From contig JBFMDA010000001.1 in NCBI GenBank assembly GCA_040754255.1, positions 2,535-66,534 of the forward strand: a DNA stretch of 64,000 nucleotides. Reading direction: 5' to 3'. A program made the position numbers and the translations under genes. This stretch comes from Candidatus Omnitrophota bacterium. GTDB taxonomy: Bacteria > Omnitrophota > Gorgyraeia > Gygaellales > Profunditerraquicolaceae. Within the stretch, counting starts at the first letter, position 1. Each line of letters begins with the position of its first letter. Positions 46,476 through 57,121 of the stretch are shown in pieces. A model generated the notes under the pieces. The model did no database searches. It was given only the letters and a program-made list of their open reading frames with translations, and was not told the DNA's origin.

Positions 46476-47828
46476 ATGTATCAACAAATATATAAAAAAT
46501 TAATTTCACCGATTCATGAAAACATATTTAAAAGAAGTAAATTTTTAAATTACCTTGGCTTCTTAGAAGAAAGCCAATGGTGGCCTAGAGACAAATTGCT
46601 TAACTTCCAATGGAAAGAATTACAAAAACTTTTAAAACATAGTTACGAACAAGTTCCCTACTGGTGCGATGTCTTTAAAAAACTAAAAATAAAACCTGAC
46701 GACATAAAGAATTACTCTGATTTTCAAAAATTACCTATTATTGAAAAACAGGATATACGTAGGAATAAAAAGTTAATGGTTGCTCGTAATTATGCGGGTA
46801 AAACTTTTACTAAATCAACAAGCGGTTCAACCGGAATGCCGCTAGAATTGGACTATACCTCGGATAGCTACGATTGGAGAATGGCTGTTTCAAAAAGAGG
46901 CTACAGTTGGGCTGGTTGCGAAGACGGAAAGAAACAGGCTTATTTTTGGGGTGGCGTTTCTGGTAAAGAATCGATTATAAAAAAATGCAAGGAATATTTG
47001 TATCATATGGTATTAAGACAAAAATACATAGATTGCTGTGGGTTTACCGAAAAAAATATGGGTGTCGTATTAGAAAATTTAAATCAGTATGCTCCAGAAG
47101 TAATTATAGGTTATGCAAACCCTATTTATAACTTTTCGAGATTCGTTGAGCGGCACGGTAATCTAAGATTTAAACCAAAGGCAATTATTTCTGCAGCGGA
47201 AAAACTTTATAAGCCTCAAAGAGAAGTTATAGCAAATGCCTTCAAATGCCAGGTATTCAATACATATGGAAGCAGAGAATTCATGCTTATTGCTTCAGAG
47301 TGCGCTGAGCACAAAGGTCTGCATATTAACGTAGAAAACCTTTTTGTTGAAGTCATAAACGAAAGTGGTTTTCAGGCTAAGCCCGGAGAAATGGGAGATG
47401 TTATCATAACTGATTTGCACAATTACGGAATGCCATTTATCCGCTATAGGATCGGGGATATGGCAATACCTACTGATGAAAAATGCGCTTGCGGAAGAGA
47501 GCTACCTCTTTTAGAAGACGTAACTGGAAGAACCCTGGATATTATCAGAACCCCTGATGGACGATATATACCGGGAGAATTTTTTACGCGTTTATTCAGA
47601 GAATTTAACGAAATAAGGCAATTTCAGGTTGTTCAGGATAAATTAGATAGCTTGAACTTAAAGATCATCCGTGAAAAGCAGATATCCGATAAGAGAATAG
47701 ATTTTATTAAGGATGAAGTTGGAAAAATCCTAGGAAAAAAAGTTTCAGTCAAAATAGAATTTGTAGATAATATCCCTTTAACGAAAACAGGAAAATATAG
47801 AGTTACGGTATCAAATATTCCCGGCTAA
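46476..47828 (+). CDS. Phenylacetate-CoA-ligase-like adenylate-forming enzyme (CapK type)
   Basis: STSGSTGMP, YGSREF, MPFIRYRIGD, GR, TKTGK. Confidence 0.88.
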   Translation: MYQQIYKKLISPIHENIFKRSKFLNYLGFLEESQWWPRDKLLNFQWKELQKLLKHSYEQVPYWCDVFKKLKIKPDDIKNYSDFQKLPIIEKQDIRRNKKLMVARNYAGKTFTKSTSGSTGMPLELDYTSDSYDWRMAVSKRGYSWAGCEDGKKQAYFWGGVSGKESIIKKCKEYLYHMVLRQKYIDCCGFTEKNMGVVLENLNQYAPEVIIGYANPIYNFSRFVERHGNLRFKPKAIISAAEKLYKPQREVIANAFKCQVFNTYGSREFMLIASECAEHKGLHINVENLFVEVINESGFQAKPGEMGDVIITDLHNYGMPFIRYRIGDMAIPTDEKCACGRELPLLEDVTGRTLDIIRTPDGRYIPGEFFTRLFREFNEIRQFQVVQDKLDSLNLKIIREKQISDKRIDFIKDEVGKILGKKVSVKIEFVDNIPLTKTGKYRVTVSNIPG

Positions 47829-47829
47829 T

Positions 47830-49188
47830 ATGAGCTCATTATCTTTCGCGGTTAAGAATGCATCAAAATACGCCTACAGTTTAATACCTCTTGAATGGCG
47901 ATTAGGAAAGGAGTTCTTCCGGGAACTGAATTTCTTAGAGAAATCACAATGGTGGTCAAAAGAAGAACTTGAACAATACCAAAATGAACAGCTAAGAAAA
48001 TTAGTAGGACACGCGTATAATAACGTGCCTTATTATTCTCGCCTTTTTAAGGATAGCAAGCTATCTATTTCGGATATAAAAACCATTCAAGACTTACCGA
48101 AAATTCCTCTTTTGGATAAAGAAACTGTAAGAAATAATTTAACGCGGCTTAAAGCAATAAATTTTAGGCCTAGCCGGATGATTAAGCTGAACACCAGCGG
48201 TACAACTGGTCAACCTCTGATATTTTATTACGACAGGCGAATGCGTATGCCCGGGTTTAACGGAACTTTCCTTTGGAGGCATTATGGCTGGGCAGGTCAT
48301 AAAGTAGGGGAGCGCCGGGCAACTCTATCATGCTGGACAATAACAGGAAACAGGAATTTTATCTATAATCCCGTTAATAGGCTGCTTGTGCTTTCTGCTT
48401 ATACCCTGAAACGCGAGAATGCAGAAAAATACGCGGATAAGATGGCAAAATACCAAATTCAATATTTAGACGGGTATCCCAGTTCTATTGAGCTGCTTAC
48501 CTCTTTTTTAAAAGAGAAAGGCTTGAAGAAACCGCCTGTTCAATTAAGGGCAATTTTTTGTTGGGCTGAATATTTATATGATTGGCAGCGAAAAAATATA
48601 GAGGACTTCTGGGGATGCAAATGTTTTGATAGGTATGGGTTGAATGAAAGAGTGATTTGGGGCCTGGAGTGCGAAAAACACGAAGGCCTACATTTAATCT
48701 CTGAATTTGGAATAACCGAATTCTTGGATGACGATAACGATAAAAAGCTCAAGCGCATAATCGCGACAAGCCTGACAAACTATGCAATGCCTTTTATCAG
48801 ATACGAAACCGGGGATGTCGGAAGGCTTCTTGAAAATAAATGCAGTTGTGTCAGAAATTTTCCTCTATTTGAGTTAGGGGGAGGAAGAAAGAGAAATTTT
48901 GCTATAGGTAAAGATGGTGCATATATTCCTGTAGCCAATATAGATATACCGAATGTAAGCGAGAATGTTTTACAGTTTCAATTTATGCAAGATAAAAAAG
49001 GCATGCTTACTCTTAGCATAATAAAGAAACCGGAGTTCCAAGACAAAGATCTTCAGAAAATAAGCACTAAATTGTTTGAGAAGTTTAGTAATAATATGGT
49101 TATAGATATAAGATTTACTGATTCTATATACAAGACTAATAACCAAAAAATCCCAATTTTTATTCAAAAGATTGAAGAATTGAAATGA
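47830..49188 (+). CDS. Second CapK/PaaK-like adenylate-forming enzyme
   Basis: NTSGTTGQP, YGLNE, MPFIRYETGD. Confidence 0.86.
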   Translation: MSSLSFAVKNASKYAYSLIPLEWRLGKEFFRELNFLEKSQWWSKEELEQYQNEQLRKLVGHAYNNVPYYSRLFKDSKLSISDIKTIQDLPKIPLLDKETVRNNLTRLKAINFRPSRMIKLNTSGTTGQPLIFYYDRRMRMPGFNGTFLWRHYGWAGHKVGERRATLSCWTITGNRNFIYNPVNRLLVLSAYTLKRENAEKYADKMAKYQIQYLDGYPSSIELLTSFLKEKGLKKPPVQLRAIFCWAEYLYDWQRKNIEDFWGCKCFDRYGLNERVIWGLECEKHEGLHLISEFGITEFLDDDNDKKLKRIIATSLTNYAMPFIRYETGDVGRLLENKCSCVRNFPLFELGGGRKRNFAIGKDGAYIPVANIDIPNVSENVLQFQFMQDKKGMLTLSIIKKPEFQDKDLQKISTKLFEKFSNNMVIDIRFTDSIYKTNNQKIPIFIQKIEELK

Positions 49189-50882
49189 ATAACTTACTTG
49201 TAAAAAGAATTTCGATTAAAAGAATGGTTCACTACCAAAAAAACTTATTATCAAATATTTATGTTGATGAAGAAGCTAATATAGAACAAATAAAGTCACG
49301 CAGCGATATAAATATTAATTACTTTGCATCGCTTCCTAAAGGACTTCTCGAAGAAATCGGAGCTGAATTTAATCATTTAATTGAAAAAGATACGAGTTGT
49401 TTGGTTGCAATGCATAATAATAACCGCGTAGGCTGTATTTTATTTAATATTCATGGTAAAGCGGATTTTTTGAAACCTTTCTCTTGCAAATTTAATTTCG
49501 GACCGGAACATGTATATGGATTTGGACTTTTTGTTAAACCTGAGTTTAGAAATAAAAAAATCGGTAAAATTTTATATTTTGAGTCATTTAAGTTTTTAAA
49601 AACGCAATTTAAGTATTTTGATATATTTGTAAATTCAGTAGATTTTATACCAAATCAACTTGCACAGAAGTTAGGATTTTATAAAGTAAATGAAGCTGTA
49701 TTAATCAAATTTTTTATTTTTGAATTTAAAGTTTCTTTAAAAAGAAAATATTCAAAAATAATTTTTGAAAGTTTGTATTATTTATTGAAAATTATAAAAG
49801 AGGCGACTAAGCTTTTATTAAAACCTTTAAAATGGGTTTTAAATAAAATTTATAGTATTAATAATAGCCTGCATTTAAAATTATATATTGCTGCTTGCAA
49901 AAAGAATGATGGTGGAGCCCGTTTTGCTTTTATATGCAAAAGCCGGCCCGATAATACCATATTAAAGAGGATTACCGACTTAGACTACGAGATAACTAAA
50001 TATAAAACATTTCGAAAAGTAGATTTAAGAAATGAAGTAAATAACATTTCAGAGAATACCCACTTAATTGTAATCGATGGTAAATATAATTACCTAATAA
50101 ATAAGCTTGGCTATATTAAAGGAATATATTTTATACCTCAATGGGTTAGGCAAACAAACCCCATTTTTCTTGGAATTAACGATTTAGTTAAAACAAATAA
50201 GCTTCGAAAAAGTGAAACTTTGTTGTCCGACATCAAAAAAATTAATAACAGTCATTACGAGTATGAGTTTTTTAAAAATGACCGTTCCTTGTTAGATTTT
50301 TTTTATTATAACATGTATACGCCGTATGTTAATAACCGCTATGGAGATGAAAAATTTCTAACTTCTTATGGAGAAATTTTAAGCTATTTTAAAAAAGGCG
50401 GCTTAATACTCGTAAAAGATGGCGATAGATATGTATCTGGTACAATTGTCAAAATTGAAGATAAGAAATTATCTACATGTAAATCTGGAGTTTTAAATGG
50501 AGATATGAACCTTGTGAAAAAAGGCGTTCTTACCGCATTATTTTATTTTTATTGTAAATTTGCTCAAGATAACGGCCTTACTAAAATAGATTATGGCTTA
50601 AGCCGTCCATTTTTGAATGATGGCGTATTAAGATATAAGGCGAAGTGGAACACAAAAATAGATGTCGACAAAAAAAGCAGTAAAGTTTTTGTACTTAAAA
50701 TTAATCAATTATCTGAATTTACTAGAAATTTTCTAATTAATAACCCATTTATAACTATTGAGAAAAATATCCTTAGAGGTAATGTCTTTTACGATTCAAA
50801 TTCCAAAGAAAACAGAGAAAAGTATTCTATAAATGGTTTATCTGAATTTAAAATGATAAATTTAGATGAAATGGTTGTGTAA
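49185..50882 (+). CDS. Putative tandem GNAT/FemAB-like acyltransferase
   Basis: LFVKPEFRNKKIGK and KLGF N-terminal GNAT; IDYGLSRPFLNDGVLRYKAKW C-terminal; very AT-rich. Confidence 0.6.
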   Translation: MNNLLVKRISIKRMVHYQKNLLSNIYVDEEANIEQIKSRSDININYFASLPKGLLEEIGAEFNHLIEKDTSCLVAMHNNNRVGCILFNIHGKADFLKPFSCKFNFGPEHVYGFGLFVKPEFRNKKIGKILYFESFKFLKTQFKYFDIFVNSVDFIPNQLAQKLGFYKVNEAVLIKFFIFEFKVSLKRKYSKIIFESLYYLLKIIKEATKLLLKPLKWVLNKIYSINNSLHLKLYIAACKKNDGGARFAFICKSRPDNTILKRITDLDYEITKYKTFRKVDLRNEVNNISENTHLIVIDGKYNYLINKLGYIKGIYFIPQWVRQTNPIFLGINDLVKTNKLRKSETLLSDIKKINNSHYEYEFFKNDRSLLDFFYYNMYTPYVNNRYGDEKFLTSYGEILSYFKKGGLILVKDGDRYVSGTIVKIEDKKLSTCKSGVLNGDMNLVKKGVLTALFYFYCKFAQDNGLTKIDYGLSRPFLNDGVLRYKAKWNTKIDVDKKSSKVFVLKINQLSEFTRNFLINNPFITIEKNILRGNVFYDSNSKENREKYSINGLSEFKMINLDEMVV

Positions 50883-50903
50883 ATTCGCTTATAAACATTG
50901 CTT

Positions 50904-52097
50904 ATGAGTAACAGAGAAGAGACTTCTTGCGTAGTTTTAGGTCTTGGAGTAAATGGCCTTGGCGTAGTAAGAAGCTTGGGTAGGAATCACTTACGCGTAA
51001 TAGGAATATATACTCGGGAAGGGGAGCTAGGCAGACACAGTAGGTATTGTAAAGCTATAAAATTCCCTCTTCTTGAGAAAAATAACCAGGAGTTTTTGGA
51101 TAAACTATGCAATTTAGGTAAAAGCCTTGGTAAAGCAGTAATTTTCTCCACTAATGATAAATATGTCCAATTTGTCTCTGATTTCCGGGACAAGCTATCT
51201 GAATATTTTTTAATTAATTTGCCTGAAAAAGATATTGTTGCAAAGATGAATTCCAAAGACGGGATAAGAGAACTGGCCCAGGAATGCGGGGTAAAGATAC
51301 CCCAAACTAAGCAAATCAATTCAAAAGCTGATCTTGAGTATGTAAATAAACATTTTAATTTCCCCGTGCTTATTAAACCATTTAAAACTTACAATAATGA
51401 ATACTTTAAAGGAAAGAAAAATCTAATAGTGCAATCTCCTAAAGAACTAACTAGCATATATGAGTCCGCCACAGGCTTGTTTTCTACTTCTTTGGCCCAG
51501 GAGATAATACGAGGAGGCGACAACCATATTATAATGCCATCTTTCTATTTTGATAAAGAATCACGCCCTCTTGCTTCTTGCACTACCAGAAAAGTTCGTC
51601 AGTATCTGCCTGATTATGGAATAGCCTGTTATCTTAAAACAGAAGGAGTGCCAAAAGTTGAAGAAATAGCGTTGTCATTTTTACAAAAATTAAAATTTAA
51701 AGGAATTGTGCTTTTAGAATTCGCTGAATCAGTTAAAACAGGCGACTATTATTTATTGGAAGCGAACTTAAGGTCATGTTACGTAAATCAATTATTTAGC
51801 GATTGCGGTATAAATTTTTCTTATATTAATTACCTCTACTTAACAAATCCTTCTTTATTGCAGGGCCTCAAATTCAAACAAAAAAATGGGATATATTGGA
51901 TAGATTTCATTAGGGACTTGGCTTCATTTAGTAGAAAATATAAACAGAATAAAATAACATTTTTTCACTGGTTTAAAACCGCGCTAAAAGCCCGGTCATT
52001 TGCAATTTTTGCCTTTGATGATCTACTGCCGGCTTTTGTATCTCTTTCCCTATTTATAAGGGGCGTTTCCTTGAAACGGTTATCATTAAAAATATGA
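50904..52097 (+). CDS. ATP-grasp carboxylate-amine ligase (D-aspartate-ligase-like)
   Basis: NGLGVVRSLGR, SRYC, FPVLIKP, QEIIRG, LLEANLR. Confidence 0.8.
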   Translation: MSNREETSCVVLGLGVNGLGVVRSLGRNHLRVIGIYTREGELGRHSRYCKAIKFPLLEKNNQEFLDKLCNLGKSLGKAVIFSTNDKYVQFVSDFRDKLSEYFLINLPEKDIVAKMNSKDGIRELAQECGVKIPQTKQINSKADLEYVNKHFNFPVLIKPFKTYNNEYFKGKKNLIVQSPKELTSIYESATGLFSTSLAQEIIRGGDNHIIMPSFYFDKESRPLASCTTRKVRQYLPDYGIACYLKTEGVPKVEEIALSFLQKLKFKGIVLLEFAESVKTGDYYLLEANLRSCYVNQLFSDCGINFSYINYLYLTNPSLLQGLKFKQKNGIYWIDFIRDLASFSRKYKQNKITFFHWFKTALKARSFAIFAFDDLLPAFVSLSLFIRGVSLKRLSLKI

Positions 52098-53323
52098 AAA
52101 TCCTTCACATATTAGATCGTTCAATCCCGGATTTAAGCGGTTACAGTATCCGTAGTAAATATATCGTTGAATTCCAAAGAAAGATTGGGCTGGAACCGAT
52201 AGTACTTACATCACCTAAATACCCGCGAATGCCGAAATCAGAGGAAATTAACAATATTACTTATTATCGTTCTTTTCTACCCCAAGATGCATTTTCGTCA
52301 ATAATGCTTAAAATACCGTTTATGCGAGAATTGCTCATAATGGATGTCTTAAAAAAAGATATCCGCAAGCTCGTCAAGCTTCATCAATTTGATATTCTGC
52401 ATGCCCATTCGCCGTCTCTCTGCGGGCTGGCTGCCTCCAAAATAGCAAGAGAATCCGGAATTCCCTTCATTTACGAAGCCCGCGCTCTATGGGAAGACAC
52501 GGCAGTAGATATGCAAAAATTTACTGAGAGGTCTGTTAAATACAAAATAAGCAGGTACCTTGAGACCAAGTTGTTTAAAAAAGTCAGTGCTATAGTAGTT
52601 ATCTGCGAGAGCCTGAAAAAAGAAATCTCAAGCCGCATAGGTACAAACCATATTTATGTCGTTCCTAACGGCGTGAATACTCAAGAGTTCATTCCAAGAG
52701 AGAAGAGTGGCGAGCTTATAAATAAGTATAATCTAAAAGGAAAAACCGTAGTTGGCTTTATCGGCAAGTTTTTCCGATATGAGGGCCTGGATATTTTATT
52801 AAAAAGTATCCCTCTAATTTTGGCAAAAAATAAAAATATGGTATTCATCCTGATTGGAGGAGGAGTAGAAGGGGCTAATATCCTTAAGATGGCGAAAGAA
52901 TTGAAACTTAATGATAACGTTATTTTTCCCGGGTGGGTCCCTCATCAAGAGATCTCTGATTATTACAGTATTATAGATATTTTTGTTTATCCCAGAGTGA
53001 GTAAACGAATAACCGAACTGGTAACCCCCCTGAAGCCTCTGGAGGCTATGGCTATGGGGAAGATGGTAGTAGCCAGTAACGTAGGAGGGCTCAAGGAACT
53101 TATAAAGGATCAAAAAACAGGATTCCTATTTTCTGCTGGAGATAGCGATGATTTAGCTAAAAAGATAGTGTTTTTGTCAGATAAAGATGCGTTGCGAAAG
53201 GAAATAGGCCAGAGAGCCCGTTTGGCTGTTCTATCAGAAAGAGATTGGTCTATTATTGTCCCGAATTACAGGGATATCTATAATACGTTATTGTCAGATA
53301 GGAAAAAACATGAAAATAATTAG
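52094..53323 (+). CDS. GT4 glycosyltransferase of the exosortase-system-associated type
   Basis: MKILHILDRSIPDLSGYSIRS, HAHSP, YEARALWED, RITELVTPLKPLEAMA. Confidence 0.88.
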   Translation: MKILHILDRSIPDLSGYSIRSKYIVEFQRKIGLEPIVLTSPKYPRMPKSEEINNITYYRSFLPQDAFSSIMLKIPFMRELLIMDVLKKDIRKLVKLHQFDILHAHSPSLCGLAASKIARESGIPFIYEARALWEDTAVDMQKFTERSVKYKISRYLETKLFKKVSAIVVICESLKKEISSRIGTNHIYVVPNGVNTQEFIPREKSGELINKYNLKGKTVVGFIGKFFRYEGLDILLKSIPLILAKNKNMVFILIGGGVEGANILKMAKELKLNDNVIFPGWVPHQEISDYYSIIDIFVYPRVSKRITELVTPLKPLEAMAMGKMVVASNVGGLKELIKDQKTGFLFSAGDSDDLAKKIVFLSDKDALRKEIGQRARLAVLSERDWSIIVPNYRDIYNTLLSDRKKHENN

Positions 53324-54410
53324 CGTTGTTGGCGCGCGCCCTAATTTTATGAAAATCGCCCCTATAATGGATGAGCTCAAAAAACATCCGGAAATTGAAT
53401 CTTTATTAGTCCATACAGGACAGCATTACGATGAGACAATGTCCGACTCTTTTTTTAAAGACTTGGGCATACCTCTACCTAACATAAATCTGGAAGTTGG
53501 TTCAAAATCTCATGCCGTCCAAACTGCGGAAATTATGACCGGATTTGAAAAAGTCATAGTAAAACATAATCCGGATTTAGTAATTGTGGTCGGCGACGTA
53601 ACTTCAACTCTTGCCTGTGCTTTAACCTGCTCCAAAATGAACATACCAGTGGCTCATATAGAAGCAGGATTAAGGAGTTTTGATAGAACCATGCCTGAAG
53701 AAATTAATAGAATTTTAACTGACGCGATCTCCGAATATCTTTTTATCACTGAAAAAAGTGCAGAAATTAATCTATTGCGAGAAGGAAGGCCGAAGGAAAA
53801 AATATATTTTGTAGGCAATGTTATGGTAGATACCTTGCTTAAAAATAAAGAAAGAGCCAACCAATCACTAATTTTATCAGAACTTAACCTTATCGCGGCT
53901 AAAGGCGATACCCTTCCTTACGCATATTTGACGCTGCATAGGCCAAGTAATGTAGATAATAAAAACGTACTACTTGGTATACTGCAAGCCTTGGCTGAAA
54001 TACAGCAACACATCAAAATTATCTGGCCAATTCATCCCCGGACAAAAAAGAAGATCGAAGAATTTAATTTTAGCGATGTGCTGAAGGCAAAGGGAATTAT
54101 TCTTGTCGAACCGTTGGGTTATCTTGATTCTTTGAAGCTGATTTCTGAATCACGATTCACATTGACCGATTCGGGAGGTATCCAGGAAGAAACCACGATA
54201 CTCAATATACCCTGCCTCACGCTACGTAATAATACAGAGCGGCCCGTGACGGTCGAACAAGGAACCAATACCATTGTCGGGATAGATAGAAAGAAAATAG
54301 TTAAAGAATCCCTAAGTAATTTAGAAAAAGGGCGTAACCGCAAACCAGCTCCTAAACTATGGGACGGAAAAGCGGCTGGGCGCATAGTCGAAATTTTAAT
54401 TAAAAAATGA
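53310..54410 (+). CDS. wecB: UDP-N-acetylglucosamine 2-epimerase (non-hydrolysing)
   Basis: VGARPNFMK, HTGQHYD, HIEAGLRS, MPEEINR, TDSGGIQEE. Confidence 0.95.
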   Translation: MKIISVVGARPNFMKIAPIMDELKKHPEIESLLVHTGQHYDETMSDSFFKDLGIPLPNINLEVGSKSHAVQTAEIMTGFEKVIVKHNPDLVIVVGDVTSTLACALTCSKMNIPVAHIEAGLRSFDRTMPEEINRILTDAISEYLFITEKSAEINLLREGRPKEKIYFVGNVMVDTLLKNKERANQSLILSELNLIAAKGDTLPYAYLTLHRPSNVDNKNVLLGILQALAEIQQHIKIIWPIHPRTKKKIEEFNFSDVLKAKGIILVEPLGYLDSLKLISESRFTLTDSGGIQEETTILNIPCLTLRNNTERPVTVEQGTNTIVGIDRKKIVKESLSNLEKGRNRKPAPKLWDGKAAGRIVEILIKK

Positions 54411-55930
54411 AGCATCAAAAGTTATTAAAAGACAGTTCTATTTATACCTTACGAGTCATTGTCGCTAATGCTACCTCGGTTCTGCAGGTTATCTTTATTG
54501 CCAGGTTGCTTGGACCGCAATTATTCGGCATGCTTCAGGTCTATCGTATTATTTTGGGATTTACGGCATACGCTACATTCGGCTCATTGTGGGCGATGAT
54601 GAGGGAGATCGCTTTTTACCGGGGAGAGAAAAATTACCAGAAGGTTGAAGAAATAAAGAATATTTCTTTTACCCTAAACATAATAACGTCATTGATTGCA
54701 ACTGTAATTATGGCGGCTCTGATCATCTTTTATCATAAGATATCTTCAATATCTATGTATGAGATGACTATACTTGTCGGAATCGTTATTCTGCAGCAAT
54801 TTTTTAGTTTCTTCGATAAATATCTCCTTGCGGAAAAGAATTTTTTGCTTAACGGAAAGGCTTCCATTTCTTTTCAATTAACAAACTTTTTTGGCATATT
54901 GGTTTTGGGTTATTTTTACGGGCTCACCGGCGTCTTAATAGCCATGCTTTTTTCTTATGCTTTAAGTATTATTTATATTGTTATAACCATTCATTTTAAA
55001 TTTAGATTGTCATTTAATATACAAAAATCCTTGAAGCTTATAAAAATAGGATTTCCTATATTCGGTAATGGTTTGTTGCGCCAAGGAATGGCTTCAGTAG
55101 ACAGATTAATGATCGTTAACTTTTTAGGTAAAATTGAATTAGGCTATTACGGAATAGCGGGGATGATAAAACAATTTATGGGAGAATTCTATATCGCAAT
55201 ATTCACCACCATATTCCCCAGCCTTGCCGAAAAATACGGAGAGACTAAAGATATAAAAAGTGTCAAAAACTATATCTTGAAACCAATGGTTGTTTCGGCA
55301 CACTTAACTCCGCTTTTTATCGGTTCAATCATCATTTGCCTCAGCCCGTTCATCACCTATATTTTACCTAAATATGTTCCTGGGATATCCGCTACAAGTA
55401 TTGCTATTACTTCTTCATATTTTGCCTGTCTTCAGGCAGGGATTCCCAATTTCTTTATTGCAATTAACAAGACTAGCAGGATGTATCCTTTCCAGATTGC
55501 AGCAATAATAATCAGCCTGATTGTTACCTATATTGCCATAAAGCTGGGGTTTGGATTAATAGGGGTCGCCTGCAGCGCAGTCATTTCCTATTTTGTCTTT
55601 GTAACGGCGCTGATAAATTACTTTTTGCAGCACTACTCACTAGGCCTGAATTCAAGAATAAAGTTTTTTGCCTATGTTTATTATCCCTTTGGTTATATGG
55701 TTGCTTCCATCATGATAATAAATTTTATCTTCAGGATAAACTCTTATTCATTTATAGAAGACCTCTTAATAACATCAGGCAAATTATTAATATTCATTCT
55801 TTTGAATATTCCTCTGCTTATATACATTAATAAAAAAACTGCCGTTCTCGGAGAGATAAAGAAATTTAGCTTGAATATGTTAAAAAACAAATTACAACAA
55901 ACTTCTGAAGTTGATATTATAGAAGATTAA
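54407..55930 (+). CDS. wzx: Wzx-type polysaccharide flippase
   Basis: ARLLGP..FG, many TMs, DRLMIVNFLG..ELGYY, IFPSLAE. Confidence 0.85.
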   Translation: MKHQKLLKDSSIYTLRVIVANATSVLQVIFIARLLGPQLFGMLQVYRIILGFTAYATFGSLWAMMREIAFYRGEKNYQKVEEIKNISFTLNIITSLIATVIMAALIIFYHKISSISMYEMTILVGIVILQQFFSFFDKYLLAEKNFLLNGKASISFQLTNFFGILVLGYFYGLTGVLIAMLFSYALSIIYIVITIHFKFRLSFNIQKSLKLIKIGFPIFGNGLLRQGMASVDRLMIVNFLGKIELGYYGIAGMIKQFMGEFYIAIFTTIFPSLAEKYGETKDIKSVKNYILKPMVVSAHLTPLFIGSIIICLSPFITYILPKYVPGISATSIAITSSYFACLQAGIPNFFIAINKTSRMYPFQIAAIIISLIVTYIAIKLGFGLIGVACSAVISYFVFVTALINYFLQHYSLGLNSRIKFFAYVYYPFGYMVASIMIINFIFRINSYSFIEDLLITSGKLLIFILLNIPLLIYINKKTAVLGEIKKFSLNMLKNKLQQTSEVDIIED

Positions 55931-55935
55931 ACCCT

Positions 55936-57114
55936 ATGCTTAAAGTCTTAGTTTTGAGTTATATGTTCCCTGATACGCGTAACCCCCAATTGGGAATATT
56001 TATAAAGAGGGAGGTAGCCAGTCTTTCTAAACGGTGCGAATTAAAAGTTGTTTCTCCCCGTCCCTGGATATTCTTTAAAGAATGGCTAGGGGCAAATAGT
56101 GAAAGCGGCACGTCTGTAATAGACGCATATTACCCGCGTTACTTACCTTTACCAGGACATTTTTTTAACCCGATTAAAGGTTGGTGGTTTTATATTTTTA
56201 CCAAGAGGTTGATTTCAACAATTAAAAACGGGTTTAACTTTGACGTTATACATGCGCACCGCGCCTATCCGGAAGGGTTTGCCGCTATACTTTTGGGTAA
56301 ATTTTTTAAAAAACCCGTGGTCATCACTGTGCGCGGTTCGGATATAAATCTTCTGCCGAAACAATTTTTAATGAAACGCCTGATTAGGTCCGCGCTTCAA
56401 AAAGCATCCGTTGTGATTGCGGTAAGTAAAGATTTGAAAGAGAAAGTTTACGGTTTAGGCGTAGATGAAAACAAAATAAAACTTATGCCTAAGGGGGTTA
56501 ACCTGGAAATCTTTAAGCCGAGGGATAAACAAAGTATAAGAAAAGTTCTGGGATTGCCTGCGGATAAAACAATAGTGCTTTATGCCGGAAATCTGGTGGC
56601 GGTAAAAAACCCATTAGCGATAGTAACTGCGGCTTTGCGTATTCCGCAAGATATACTAAAAAAATGTTTTTTTGTTTTTGTAGGAGAAGGAGAGTTGAAA
56701 CAGGCACTTGATAGAAAGGTCCACTACTCAAGGCTGGAAGATTATTTTTTATTAACCGGAGCCGTTCTTCCTGAGCAAATCCCACCTTGGATGAATGCCG
56801 CGGATATTTTTGTTTTACCAAGCATTTCTGAAGGCATGCCCAATGTTCTTTATGAAGCAATGGCCTGCGGCTTAGCGGTTATTGCCTCTGATGTAGGAGG
56901 TATAATTGATACAATAGAAGATGGTAAAAACGGATTATTATTTCCTTTCCAAGATGCTCAAGCTTTAAGCTTAGATATTATAAAATTAGCAAATGATACG
57001 AGTTTGAGGAAAGAACTAGGAAAAAATGCCAGGCTTTACCTTGAAAATGCCAGATTAACCTGGGAAACAAATGCTTCTTTGGTGGAAAGCTTTTACAAAA
57101 CAATTTTAACTTAA
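55936..57114 (+). CDS. GT4 glycosyltransferase (TuaC-like)
   Basis: GIFIKRE, DVIHAH, RGSDIN, LPSISEGMPNVLYEAMACG. Confidence 0.9.
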   Translation: MLKVLVLSYMFPDTRNPQLGIFIKREVASLSKRCELKVVSPRPWIFFKEWLGANSESGTSVIDAYYPRYLPLPGHFFNPIKGWWFYIFTKRLISTIKNGFNFDVIHAHRAYPEGFAAILLGKFFKKPVVITVRGSDINLLPKQFLMKRLIRSALQKASVVIAVSKDLKEKVYGLGVDENKIKLMPKGVNLEIFKPRDKQSIRKVLGLPADKTIVLYAGNLVAVKNPLAIVTAALRIPQDILKKCFFVFVGEGELKQALDRKVHYSRLEDYFLLTGAVLPEQIPPWMNAADIFVLPSISEGMPNVLYEAMACGLAVIASDVGGIIDTIEDGKNGLLFPFQDAQALSLDIIKLANDTSLRKELGKNARLYLENARLTWETNASLVESFYKTILT

Positions 57115-57121
57115 AAATATT

